A stretch of DNA of 64,000 nt from the IMG/VR virus record IMGVR_UViG_3300050821_007139, positions 27,469 to 91,468 of that record, one strand, 5' to 3'. Source of the stretch: a virus. Under the pieces are notes generated by a model. That model was not told the DNA's origin and ran no database searches. It saw only the letters and a program-made list of their open reading frames with translations. The first letter of the stretch is position 1; each line of letters begins with the position of its first letter. This document shows positions 56,751-64,000 of the stretch, one piece after another. Position numbers and translations under genes: made by a program.

Positions 56751-57416
56751 TTGTTACAAGATTTTGACCAATCTTTTGGAACAACATGGAACCCGACTGA
56801 CAATTCGGATGCGTTGTTAAGCAACGGTAACTTGACGGCGCTTTTTGGCGCCTCAGTTAATGTTTTCCACTCGATTCGATCTAATAGTTCTAAGACCTCT
56901 GGCAAGTTTATGTTTGTTACACAAATGGATAAGGTGGATTCAGTCGGCGGTTGGGTGATTGGGGTTGGATCGTTATTTGAATCTTTATTTGTCAAACCTG
57001 GTGATACACCTTTGAGTGTAGGAGCCTTATTTGGCGCTCCAATTAACAATTTATATATCTATGCAAATCAATTTAAATCTCTTAACTTGACCTCTCGTAT
57101 GCGCAATCATATTGCAACTTGTGTTGATGTAGATAACAAATTGGTTTGGTGGAATAATTTAGATCAAGGCTTTGGTTGGACAAATATAAGCACGGGCGAC
57201 TTTAGTGGCGATCCAACTCAAGGTATTGGAGGCACTGAATTTAGCTTTGATACTTCCTTGGGCTTGTTTATTATTGGCTCTGGATATAATTATCTTAATG
57301 AAGGCGATTCTTTAATCCTTAATCCCCAATGCTTCGGTTACACAGACTTTATTCCGGATGAATTTCAATCTTGGGATTTATTAACTAAAGGCTTTACAGT
57401 AGCTGAGCAATGTTAG
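56751..57416 (+). CDS. SPRY/ConA-like domain protein
   Basis: TWNP.D...LSNGNLTA...R...KTSGK.. and VD.DNKL.W motifs. Confidence 0.65.
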   Translation: MLQDFDQSFGTTWNPTDNSDALLSNGNLTALFGASVNVFHSIRSNSSKTSGKFMFVTQMDKVDSVGGWVIGVGSLFESLFVKPGDTPLSVGALFGAPINNLYIYANQFKSLNLTSRMRNHIATCVDVDNKLVWWNNLDQGFGWTNISTGDFSGDPTQGIGGTEFSFDTSLGLFIIGSGYNYLNEGDSLILNPQCFGYTDFIPDEFQSWDLLTKGFTVAEQC

Positions 57417-57425
57417 AAAATAATT

Positions 57426-58865
57426 ATGGCAAACCTTATAACTCCAAGTGAAGCTGCAGAATTAATCTTAGCTCGACGTAAAGCTCGAGCTTCTATGGTT
57501 GAGTATGTTAAATATCTTGACTTGGGTTTTGTTCCTGCTAAGCATCATGAACTTATGTGCGCCAAGCTTGATGCGGTCGAACGTGGCGAAATAGATCGCT
57601 TAATGCTTTTCCTTCCTCCAGGATCAGGCAAATCAAAGTATGGATCAGAATTATTCCCAGCGTACTATTTGGGAAAAAATCCAACAAAATCAATTATCGC
57701 TTGTTCACATACTCAACCTCTCGCAGATCGGTTCGGGCGTCGAGTTCGTAACTTGTTTATGCAACCAGAACATAACGCCCTGTTTGGAATTGGACTCGCA
57801 AGTGATTCTAAGGCCGCTTCGTATTGGAGCACTGAGCGCGATGGAGAATATTTCGCTGCTGGTGTAGGTGTTGCTATCTCAGGCCGCCGGGCTGATATTG
57901 GCTTGATCGATGACCCCGTAAAGAATCGTGAAGATGCAGATTCGATTACCTCTCAAGAGCGAGTATGGGATTGGTATATAAATGACTTCTATCCTCGCTT
58001 AAAACCTAATGCCTCACAGATAATTATCTCCACACGTTGGCACGAGCGAGACTTGTCTGGCCGAGTTATTGAACGTGAAGGCTCTCGTTGGGATATAGTT
58101 GAGATTCCTTTTCTTGCTCGTGAGAATGATTTACTCGAACGTGAAATTAATGAACGTCTTTGGCCTGAATGGTTTACACAAGATCAGGTCGATACGGCCC
58201 AGTTAGATGCTCGTAGCTTCAGTGCTTTATATCAGCAACGCCCGGTTTCAGACGAAGGAGAATATTTTAAGCTGAATTGGTTCTCCGAATACGATCAAAT
58301 TCCTGAAAATGCGCATAGATATGGGGCGAGTGATTATGCCGTTACTGAAGGACATGGAGACTTCACGGAACATGGAATTTTTGCCTTAGATAGTTTTGGA
58401 AATTTATATATTGAAGATTGGTGGCGAAAGCAAGCTACAAGTGATGTATGGATTGAGGCACAGTGTGATTTGATTCAAGAATACGAACCCTTACGCTGGT
58501 TTGGCGAATCTGGGCCAATTCGTCGTTCAGTCGAGCCTTACCTTGCCCTCCGTATGACCGAACGCAATGCAGGCTGTTATATTGAATGGCTTCCTTCGCT
58601 TCATGATAAAGCCACACGTTGCCGATCTTTCCAAGCCTTAGCTTCTCGTGGTAAAGTCTTTCTTCCTCATAATGCCTCTTGGAAAGCTGAGCTATTAACT
58701 CAACTTACTCACTTTCCGGCTGGGCATCATGACGATGGTGTTGATGTGTGCTCGCTATTAGGCCGTGGGTTAGATCAGGTAGCGGCGCCAAGGATGAAAA
58801 AATGGAACCGAAATGAAAATCTAACTACTCGTGAACCTAGTGAACATGGTTGGATGGTAAGTTAA
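57426..58865 (+). CDS. terL: Terminase large subunit
   Basis: PPGSGKS, IDDP.K, TRWH..D, YQQ.P, ASD.A, HDD.VD. Confidence 0.95.
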   Translation: MANLITPSEAAELILARRKARASMVEYVKYLDLGFVPAKHHELMCAKLDAVERGEIDRLMLFLPPGSGKSKYGSELFPAYYLGKNPTKSIIACSHTQPLADRFGRRVRNLFMQPEHNALFGIGLASDSKAASYWSTERDGEYFAAGVGVAISGRRADIGLIDDPVKNREDADSITSQERVWDWYINDFYPRLKPNASQIIISTRWHERDLSGRVIEREGSRWDIVEIPFLARENDLLEREINERLWPEWFTQDQVDTAQLDARSFSALYQQRPVSDEGEYFKLNWFSEYDQIPENAHRYGASDYAVTEGHGDFTEHGIFALDSFGNLYIEDWWRKQATSDVWIEAQCDLIQEYEPLRWFGESGPIRRSVEPYLALRMTERNAGCYIEWLPSLHDKATRCRSFQALASRGKVFLPHNASWKAELLTQLTHFPAGHHDDGVDVCSLLGRGLDQVAAPRMKKWNRNENLTTREPSEHGWMVS

Positions 58866-58874
58866 CTCAGGAGT

Positions 58875-59360
58875 GTGGAAATGGACGAGCGTTTGAAATT
58901 ATTCTCAGATCGGATTATAACTAAAGATAAGCTTATATATGGTGTAACTACGCCAGAAGAAGTTAGTAATAATTTTGCTGAAATTGCAGAAATAGTCAAT
59001 AAATTATTAATTGAAGAAATTAAAAAAACTGAATTAATACTTATACATTATCCTGATTTTGTTAAACATGGCACAATGGTAGGGGATGGCTATAAAGCTA
59101 TTCAGCTCAATTGTTGTACTGATCATTGGATGGAATCAGGCTATATGCAAAACTTTTGTTCAAGATTAAAAAAAATCCTACCAGCAATGGTAGAGAGTCT
59201 TGTTGCTGGAGTAAAAGATCACAAATTTACAAGAATATATACTCTTGAACTTCCGATGGGGGTTATAGACTCCCGTCATGCAGGAATCTCCCGTCTAGTT
59301 ACTGCTTACAATATTAATATTGACGATTATTTTACTAGAATTGATATAATTGGAGCTTAA
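58875..59360 (+). CDS. Hypothetical protein
   Basis: 161 aa AT-rich ORF. Confidence 0.55.
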   Translation: MEMDERLKLFSDRIITKDKLIYGVTTPEEVSNNFAEIAEIVNKLLIEEIKKTELILIHYPDFVKHGTMVGDGYKAIQLNCCTDHWMESGYMQNFCSRLKKILPAMVESLVAGVKDHKFTRIYTLELPMGVIDSRHAGISRLVTAYNINIDDYFTRIDIIGA

Positions 59361-59363
59361 TTT

Positions 59364-59765
59364 ATGGCTAACAGTCCCGATCCGCATTCACAAACACTTT
59401 TAGATGATTATAATGCTCAATTGGTAATTTTGGTACAAGAAGTTCGTGGCCTTAAAATTATAGCAAGTGATCCAAATATAACTCCGGATGAATTAAATAT
59501 TGTAAATATACAAATTGGTGCTCGACAACTACGTGCTGATCTGATTAATGCATCAATTGTGGCAATTAATGCTTTGGCTGTGGATGATTATCCTGATCTT
59601 CTTCCTGTTGTTATCCCTCCAGATATACTTAAAGCAATTCAACAAGAGGTCTCTGATGTAACAATTGCAGCTGCTATATTTGCTTCTCCTCCTGCTGAAA
59701 CAGGGGATTTTAACCCAGAACTAGCAACGATTACACCAAATAATCCTATTCAAACGGCGCGGTAA
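59364..59765 (+). CDS. Helical protein with C-terminal ExGxFNP motif
   Basis: GGAG SD; ETGDFNPELATIT. Confidence 0.6.
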   Translation: MANSPDPHSQTLLDDYNAQLVILVQEVRGLKIIASDPNITPDELNIVNIQIGARQLRADLINASIVAINALAVDDYPDLLPVVIPPDILKAIQQEVSDVTIAAAIFASPPAETGDFNPELATITPNNPIQTAR

Positions 59766-59822
59766 CGCTCGAAGCCGCAAATTAACGATCATTCATCGAG
59801 CATTATGTAAGGAACTAAATTT

Positions 59823-60146
59823 ATGGCTACCCCAGTTGTACTTGCTACTATGACTCCAGGCCAAACAGCTGTTGGAGTTCTTACTTTTGACGAAGCACCG
59901 CCCACTGATGGTGCTGTTACAAGCGACAACACTGCAGTTATGACTATTAGTCTTGCTCCAGATCATATCACTTGGACAGCTATTGCAGTTGCTGTTGGGA
60001 CTTGTAATTTTAATTATACTGGTACTTCTCTTCCACCTGATGTTGGACCGGTTGTAGTTGCAACTATGGTCGGCACTGTTGAGGCTGTACCTGCTGCAGA
60101 GGTAGGGAATTTTAATCCGGCCACTGCAGTTATTACTGGACCTTAA
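59823..60146 (+). CDS. Ig-like (Big-type) structural protein with C-terminal ExGxFNP motif
   Basis: TSDNTAVMTI...AVAVGT; EVGNFNPATAVIT. Confidence 0.6.
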   Translation: MATPVVLATMTPGQTAVGVLTFDEAPPTDGAVTSDNTAVMTISLAPDHITWTAIAVAVGTCNFNYTGTSLPPDVGPVVVATMVGTVEAVPAAEVGNFNPATAVITGP

Positions 60147-60282
60147 TTAAATCTCTGGACAAGACGGTGAGTGTCCTTGGTAGACCTAAATAACCCCGTC
60201 CGCCAATGGAATCCCAGGTTATGTTTGGCCACACGACTTAATCATGGTTCGCGATTGGCAACTTTAAGAGAGGAACTTAATT

Positions 60283-60480
60283 ATGCCTGCACCAAGTGAA
60301 GAGAAGTTATTTAAGTATTATCCGGGCCGTGCACGTAAACGCGAGATTGAGGATAGGCTTGAAGATAAGGAAGGCCGGAGTCTGGTCCGTCAACATGATG
60401 CCCAGCCTGATTGGGGCCGAGAAACTGAGAATAAACTTGCTAAGAAACGCAACATGAATGGCCCGCAAGGAATCTTTTAA
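60283..60480 (+). CDS. Hypothetical protein
   Basis: GAGG SD. Confidence 0.55.
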   Translation: MPAPSEEKLFKYYPGRARKREIEDRLEDKEGRSLVRQHDAQPDWGRETENKLAKKRNMNGPQGIF

Positions 60481-60717
60481 TTGGTTAATTCCTATTCCGA
60501 ATTTGAATTTTATTCGCCAATTTTAGATTCTGTTTGCCTCCGTGTCTCTGTCTCCGATGGCCATATTGGGGAATTTTTTGCAATTGTCCCGAAACCTTCA
60601 CAAGGTTCCTCGTTGCGTGAATTGAGAAACCGTGTTCTTAATGCTATAGAGGCCGCAATGGAAGCTAACCTGCTGCCTGGTGAGGTCAAGATAGATTTGG
60701 ATAAGATATCTCCATGA
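60481..60717 (+). CDS. Hypothetical protein
   Basis: Abuts the previous stop; ATGA coupling to the next gene. Confidence 0.55.
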   Translation: MVNSYSEFEFYSPILDSVCLRVSVSDGHIGEFFAIVPKPSQGSSLRELRNRVLNAIEAAMEANLLPGEVKIDLDKISP

Positions 60718-60869
60718 AACAAATCAAATCTGAAATCAAGCCGGTTAAATTAAAGGCTGATAAAGTACCTGCACTTAAAGGTTCTACACTTAAAGTATCT
60801 AAGCTTAAAGGACCAAAGCTAACCAAACCCCGGCTTTCTATGGGTTCAGGTGTTAGTAGAAAGCGCTAG
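60714..60869 (+). CDS. Small Lys-rich protein (not in ORF track)
   Basis: MKQIKSEIKPVKLKADKVPALKG...; fills the gap before the portal. Confidence 0.5.
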   Translation: MKQIKSEIKPVKLKADKVPALKGSTLKVSKLKGPKLTKPRLSMGSGVSRKR

Positions 60870-60871
60870 TT

Positions 60872-63091
60872 TTGCAAGACCCTCTTAAGCCTTTAAACGA
60901 CGGTAAGATCGGCTTACCCACGGTTGATGCTGGGCATAATAAAATTGCGCCGAATTCTCTTAATGACTCTAATGATGGTAAAGTAAGACCGCTTCGGGCC
61001 GAACAAGTTTCTTCTGAAGAGGAAGACAATGAAATCTTGACTCGCGCCCGTAAACGCTTTGAGCGGGCGATCCAAACCTCGGCTGATAATCGCCGTGATG
61101 GTTTAGATGACGATAAGTTTTACTCTGGAGATCAATGGAGCGCGGATGTTCGCGCAAGGAGAAACGCTGAAAAACGGCCTTGCCTAACTTTAAATAAGTT
61201 TCCGACTCTGGTTAAACAAGTCACTAATGATCAAAGACAAAATCGCCCTACAATTGATATCCATCCGGTTGGCGATAAAGGAGATGTAACTTCTGCAAAG
61301 ATTTATCGAGGCTTGATACGCGAAATCGAACGGGAGTCTTATGCAGATCGTGCTTATGATACCGGATTTGAATCTGCGGCCCGTAAAGGTTGGGGTTATT
61401 GGCGTATAGTTCCGGAATACGAATCTCCTGATACTTTTGATCAAGTCTTACGGATTCGTCGTATTCGTAATACATTCTCTGTTTATGATGATCCTGATTC
61501 GATAGAAATTGATGGTGGTGACTCTACTTGGTGGTTCATTACTGAAATGATGGATCGGGACGATTTCAAACTTAAATATCCCGATAAAGATCCAATGCCG
61601 TTTACAGCAGCCGGTTATGGCGATGCTTATAGAAACTGGCTAGATCAGTATAACATCCGTGTCGCGGAATATTATGAGACTATATTAAAATCTCGTGAGC
61701 TTGTTATGCTCAACAATGGTTTTGAGGGGTGGAGGGACGAATTAAGCAAGGAAGCTTTGGATCAATTTGAGATTGTTCAAAAAAGAAAATCTCTTGTTCC
61801 TACAATTTGGTGGTATAAGATTACAGGAAAACAAATACTAGAGCGCTCAAAATGGCTCGGACAATTTATGCCAGTGATTCGCGTAATCGGCGACGAGATT
61901 GATATTGAAGGTAAGGTTAAATATTCTGGCATAGTTCGCCATGCTAAGGATGCCCAAAGGAGCTACAATTATTTTCGTACTGCTGAGGTAGAACGAATAG
62001 CGCTTATGCCTAAAGCGCCTTATTTAATTGCTGAAGGCCAGCTTGAGGGCTATGAAGGGGTGTGGAAAGAGGCAAATACCAAGTCGCATCCGTATTTGCC
62101 ATATCGAGTTGCTGAGTTACATGGACACTTAGTCCCGCCTCCACGCCGTGAACCTCCTATTTCTCCTGATGCTGGCGATGCAGCTATAGCGGCTAATGCT
62201 GCCCAAGATATGTTGACAACAACAGGGATTCGCTTCGACGCTACACTTAATGAACGTACTTATGACGAGTCTGGTAGAGCACTTCGTGAACTTCGCCGCT
62301 CGGGTGATATTGGCTCTTTCAATCTTGTGGATAACCTTATGCACTCCCTCCGCCATACTGGCGAAGTTTTAGTTGATGCAATTCCGAAGTATTACACCCG
62401 TCCGGGCCGAGTGCTTACAATTATCCGTGAGGATAATACAGAAGAGATGATTAAAGTCTCTGTTGGCGGGAACCAAAGTCCAGTTTCTGAAAGTACTGAT
62501 CCTGATACACAAAAAATCATTCGCGCTTTTGATCCCAAGGTCGGCAAGTATGGCGTGACTGTTACTATCGGCCCAAGTTACGCCACGCGACGGATTGAGA
62601 CTGCAGAATCTATGATGGATTTCCTACGGGCGATTCCGACTGCAGCACCAGTAATTGCTGATCTTGTTGCTAAAAATCAAGATTGGGAAGGCTCGGAAGA
62701 AATTGCTGCGAGGTTGGCTACCTTGCTTCCGCCTGGCCTTAATAAACCTGAGCTACGCGATGTCCCGCCGCAAATTCGCGCAGTTATTAATCAACTTGAA
62801 CAACAAGTTCAACAACTTACCCAAGAACGGCAAATGCTTACGGCTCAGATTAATGATCGTAATGCCGATCGGCAGCTTGCCCGCGAACGTATTAATCGCA
62901 CTTTTGAGGTCCAGCTTCTTAATGTCGTTCAGAAAGCGCAAACAGCGGCGCAAAAAGTTGAGGCTGAAGATAAGCGCACTGCAGCTGCAAACATGCATCA
63001 ACTTGCGGGCGACGTGTTAGATCTTTATGCTGATTTAACTAAGGCTGCCGATAAACCAGAGAAAGAGTCTAAGGGTGGTAAAGGGACTTAA
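60872..63091 (+). CDS. P22-like portal protein
   Basis: DD.FY.GDQW, RPCLT.N, G.GYWR, KDAQR.YNY, G.Y.V.V..GPSY.TRR; C-terminal coiled-coil barrel. Confidence 0.92.
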   Translation: MQDPLKPLNDGKIGLPTVDAGHNKIAPNSLNDSNDGKVRPLRAEQVSSEEEDNEILTRARKRFERAIQTSADNRRDGLDDDKFYSGDQWSADVRARRNAEKRPCLTLNKFPTLVKQVTNDQRQNRPTIDIHPVGDKGDVTSAKIYRGLIREIERESYADRAYDTGFESAARKGWGYWRIVPEYESPDTFDQVLRIRRIRNTFSVYDDPDSIEIDGGDSTWWFITEMMDRDDFKLKYPDKDPMPFTAAGYGDAYRNWLDQYNIRVAEYYETILKSRELVMLNNGFEGWRDELSKEALDQFEIVQKRKSLVPTIWWYKITGKQILERSKWLGQFMPVIRVIGDEIDIEGKVKYSGIVRHAKDAQRSYNYFRTAEVERIALMPKAPYLIAEGQLEGYEGVWKEANTKSHPYLPYRVAELHGHLVPPPRREPPISPDAGDAAIAANAAQDMLTTTGIRFDATLNERTYDESGRALRELRRSGDIGSFNLVDNLMHSLRHTGEVLVDAIPKYYTRPGRVLTIIREDNTEEMIKVSVGGNQSPVSESTDPDTQKIIRAFDPKVGKYGVTVTIGPSYATRRIETAESMMDFLRAIPTAAPVIADLVAKNQDWEGSEEIAARLATLLPPGLNKPELRDVPPQIRAVINQLEQQVQQLTQERQMLTAQINDRNADRQLARERINRTFEVQLLNVVQKAQTAAQKVEAEDKRTAAANMHQLAGDVLDLYADLTKAADKPEKESKGGKGT

Positions 63092-63094
63092 ATC

Positions 63095-64000
63095 ATGCCA
63101 GATGTGATTGTTAATAATGCTCCAGCACTTAGTGCTACCAGTGATCTTCCGCAACCAGCCCCTGTAGATACTAATGCTGCTACTACTCCGCCGGTGGCTC
63201 CGAGCGCGGAAACTATACCGACTGAAACTACAGCGCCGGCTGCGCCACCAGAACAAGTAACTACACCACCCAGTGATAGAACTATTACTGGTAGGTTTTC
63301 TGAACTTGCAGGTCAGCGGCGCGAAGCAGAGCTTAGAGCGCAAAGGCTGGAAGCCCTAGCGGCCCAACAGGGCGAGCAAATCTCACGCTTGTTAGATACA
63401 GTTGGGAAGTTAGCAGCTCCAGTAGCACCTAGTGGTCCTGAACCAACGCAAATATCTACTTTTTCTGAGCCTCGGCCTTCTCGTGAGGCTTTTGAGGATT
63501 CTGAAGTTTACGAATCTGAGCTTGTATCTTGGGCGGGCCGAGAAGCGGCCTCTAAAGCTGCTGCAGAAATGCAACGTCTTCAAGTCGAGGCTGATGCTGC
63601 TAAAGCCGAACATGAACGCGTAGCTGGTGAGACTAAAGCTCGCGAAGAATCTGAAGCCAAAGCCCGTGAAGACTCTAATAAACTTCAAGCCTCTTGGCAA
63701 GAACGGCGCGAGTCTGCTGCTAAGAAATATGAAGATTTTGATGAAGTAACTCAAAATCCTGATCTGCCATTTGTTCCTGGCTCTCCTATGGCCCACGCGA
63801 TTCTTAACCGCGAAGATGGGGCCGAGCTAGCTTATTATCTTGGCAAACATCCAGAAGAAGCAAATAAAATTGCTCGGATGGTTATCCCAGGTCAGGTTTT
63901 CCCGCCTGGTTCGCCTCAAGCCGGCTTGCCTATGTGGGATTTTATGGGACAGGCACTTGAATTAGGAAAAATTATAACTAAGCTTGATCTGACTCCAGCT
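63095..64000 (+). CDS. Head scaffolding protein (truncated by window end)
   Basis: Open to the window end; P/A/T-rich start, RF.EL..QRR, P....F...Y, Y.DF.EV, YYLGK.PEEA; follows the portal. Confidence 0.8.
   Translation, partial: MPDVIVNNAPALSATSDLPQPAPVDTNAATTPPVAPSAETIPTETTAPAAPPEQVTTPPSDRTITGRFSELAGQRREAELRAQRLEALAAQQGEQISRLLDTVGKLAAPVAPSGPEPTQISTFSEPRPSREAFEDSEVYESELVSWAGREAASKAAAEMQRLQVEADAAKAEHERVAGETKAREESEAKAREDSNKLQASWQERRESAAKKYEDFDEVTQNPDLPFVPGSPMAHAILNREDGAELAYYLGKHPEEANKIARMVIPGQVFPPGSPQAGLPMWDFMGQALELGKIITKLDLTPA

Noticed and set aside
1-64000. Prophage, integration module or diversity-generating retroelement
   Set aside because: No integrase, repressor, reverse transcriptase or host flanking genes were recognised in this window; the rest of the genome is not visible.

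Overview
This is a 64 kb segment of a tailed dsDNA phage genome with a P22-like portal. No integrase or repressor is visible. The host is probably an alphaproteobacterium, judging from an alpha-type TatA, a short alpha-type HiPIP and a CTTGAC-N17-ATATAT promoter. Layout: (i) 1-12.6 kb, + strand: end of the late region, with fibre/spike-like genes, TatA, a HiPIP-like protein, a GH25 endolysin, a glycosyltransferase-like protein and an S53 protease. (ii) 12.6-45.1 kb, - strand: early/replication region, with class II RNR, a MazG-like protein, a DUF3987-like ATPase, a split family A DNA polymerase (UDG+exo / pol), methyltransferases, ParB, an AAA ATPase, a PD-(D/E)XK nuclease, HIRAN, DUF932, SprT, an atypical tRNA-Leu(UAA) and many small ORFs. 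(iii) About 45.1-45.9 kb: a divergence point with an origin-like inverted repeat. (iv) 45.9-64 kb, + strand: packaging/head region, with a degenerate terminase-ATPase paralog, a fibre/decoration cluster, an intact TerL, the portal and the start of the scaffold. Main unexplained patterns: (1) three dispersed copies of an apparently unnamed ~200-290 nt structured RNA with conserved blocks and a covarying stem; (2) about 19 proteins with signal peptides, many with virion-fibre-type domains, alongside phage-encoded TatA and a HiPIP-like protein; (3) a shared C-terminal [DE]IEI tag on at least six unrelated early proteins; (4) a second shared C-terminal ExGxFNPxxAxI motif; (5) a predicted hydrolysis-dead TerL paralog; (6) a split DNA polymerase with a non-canonical motif B. 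All family assignments come from motif recognition by eye; no searches were run.
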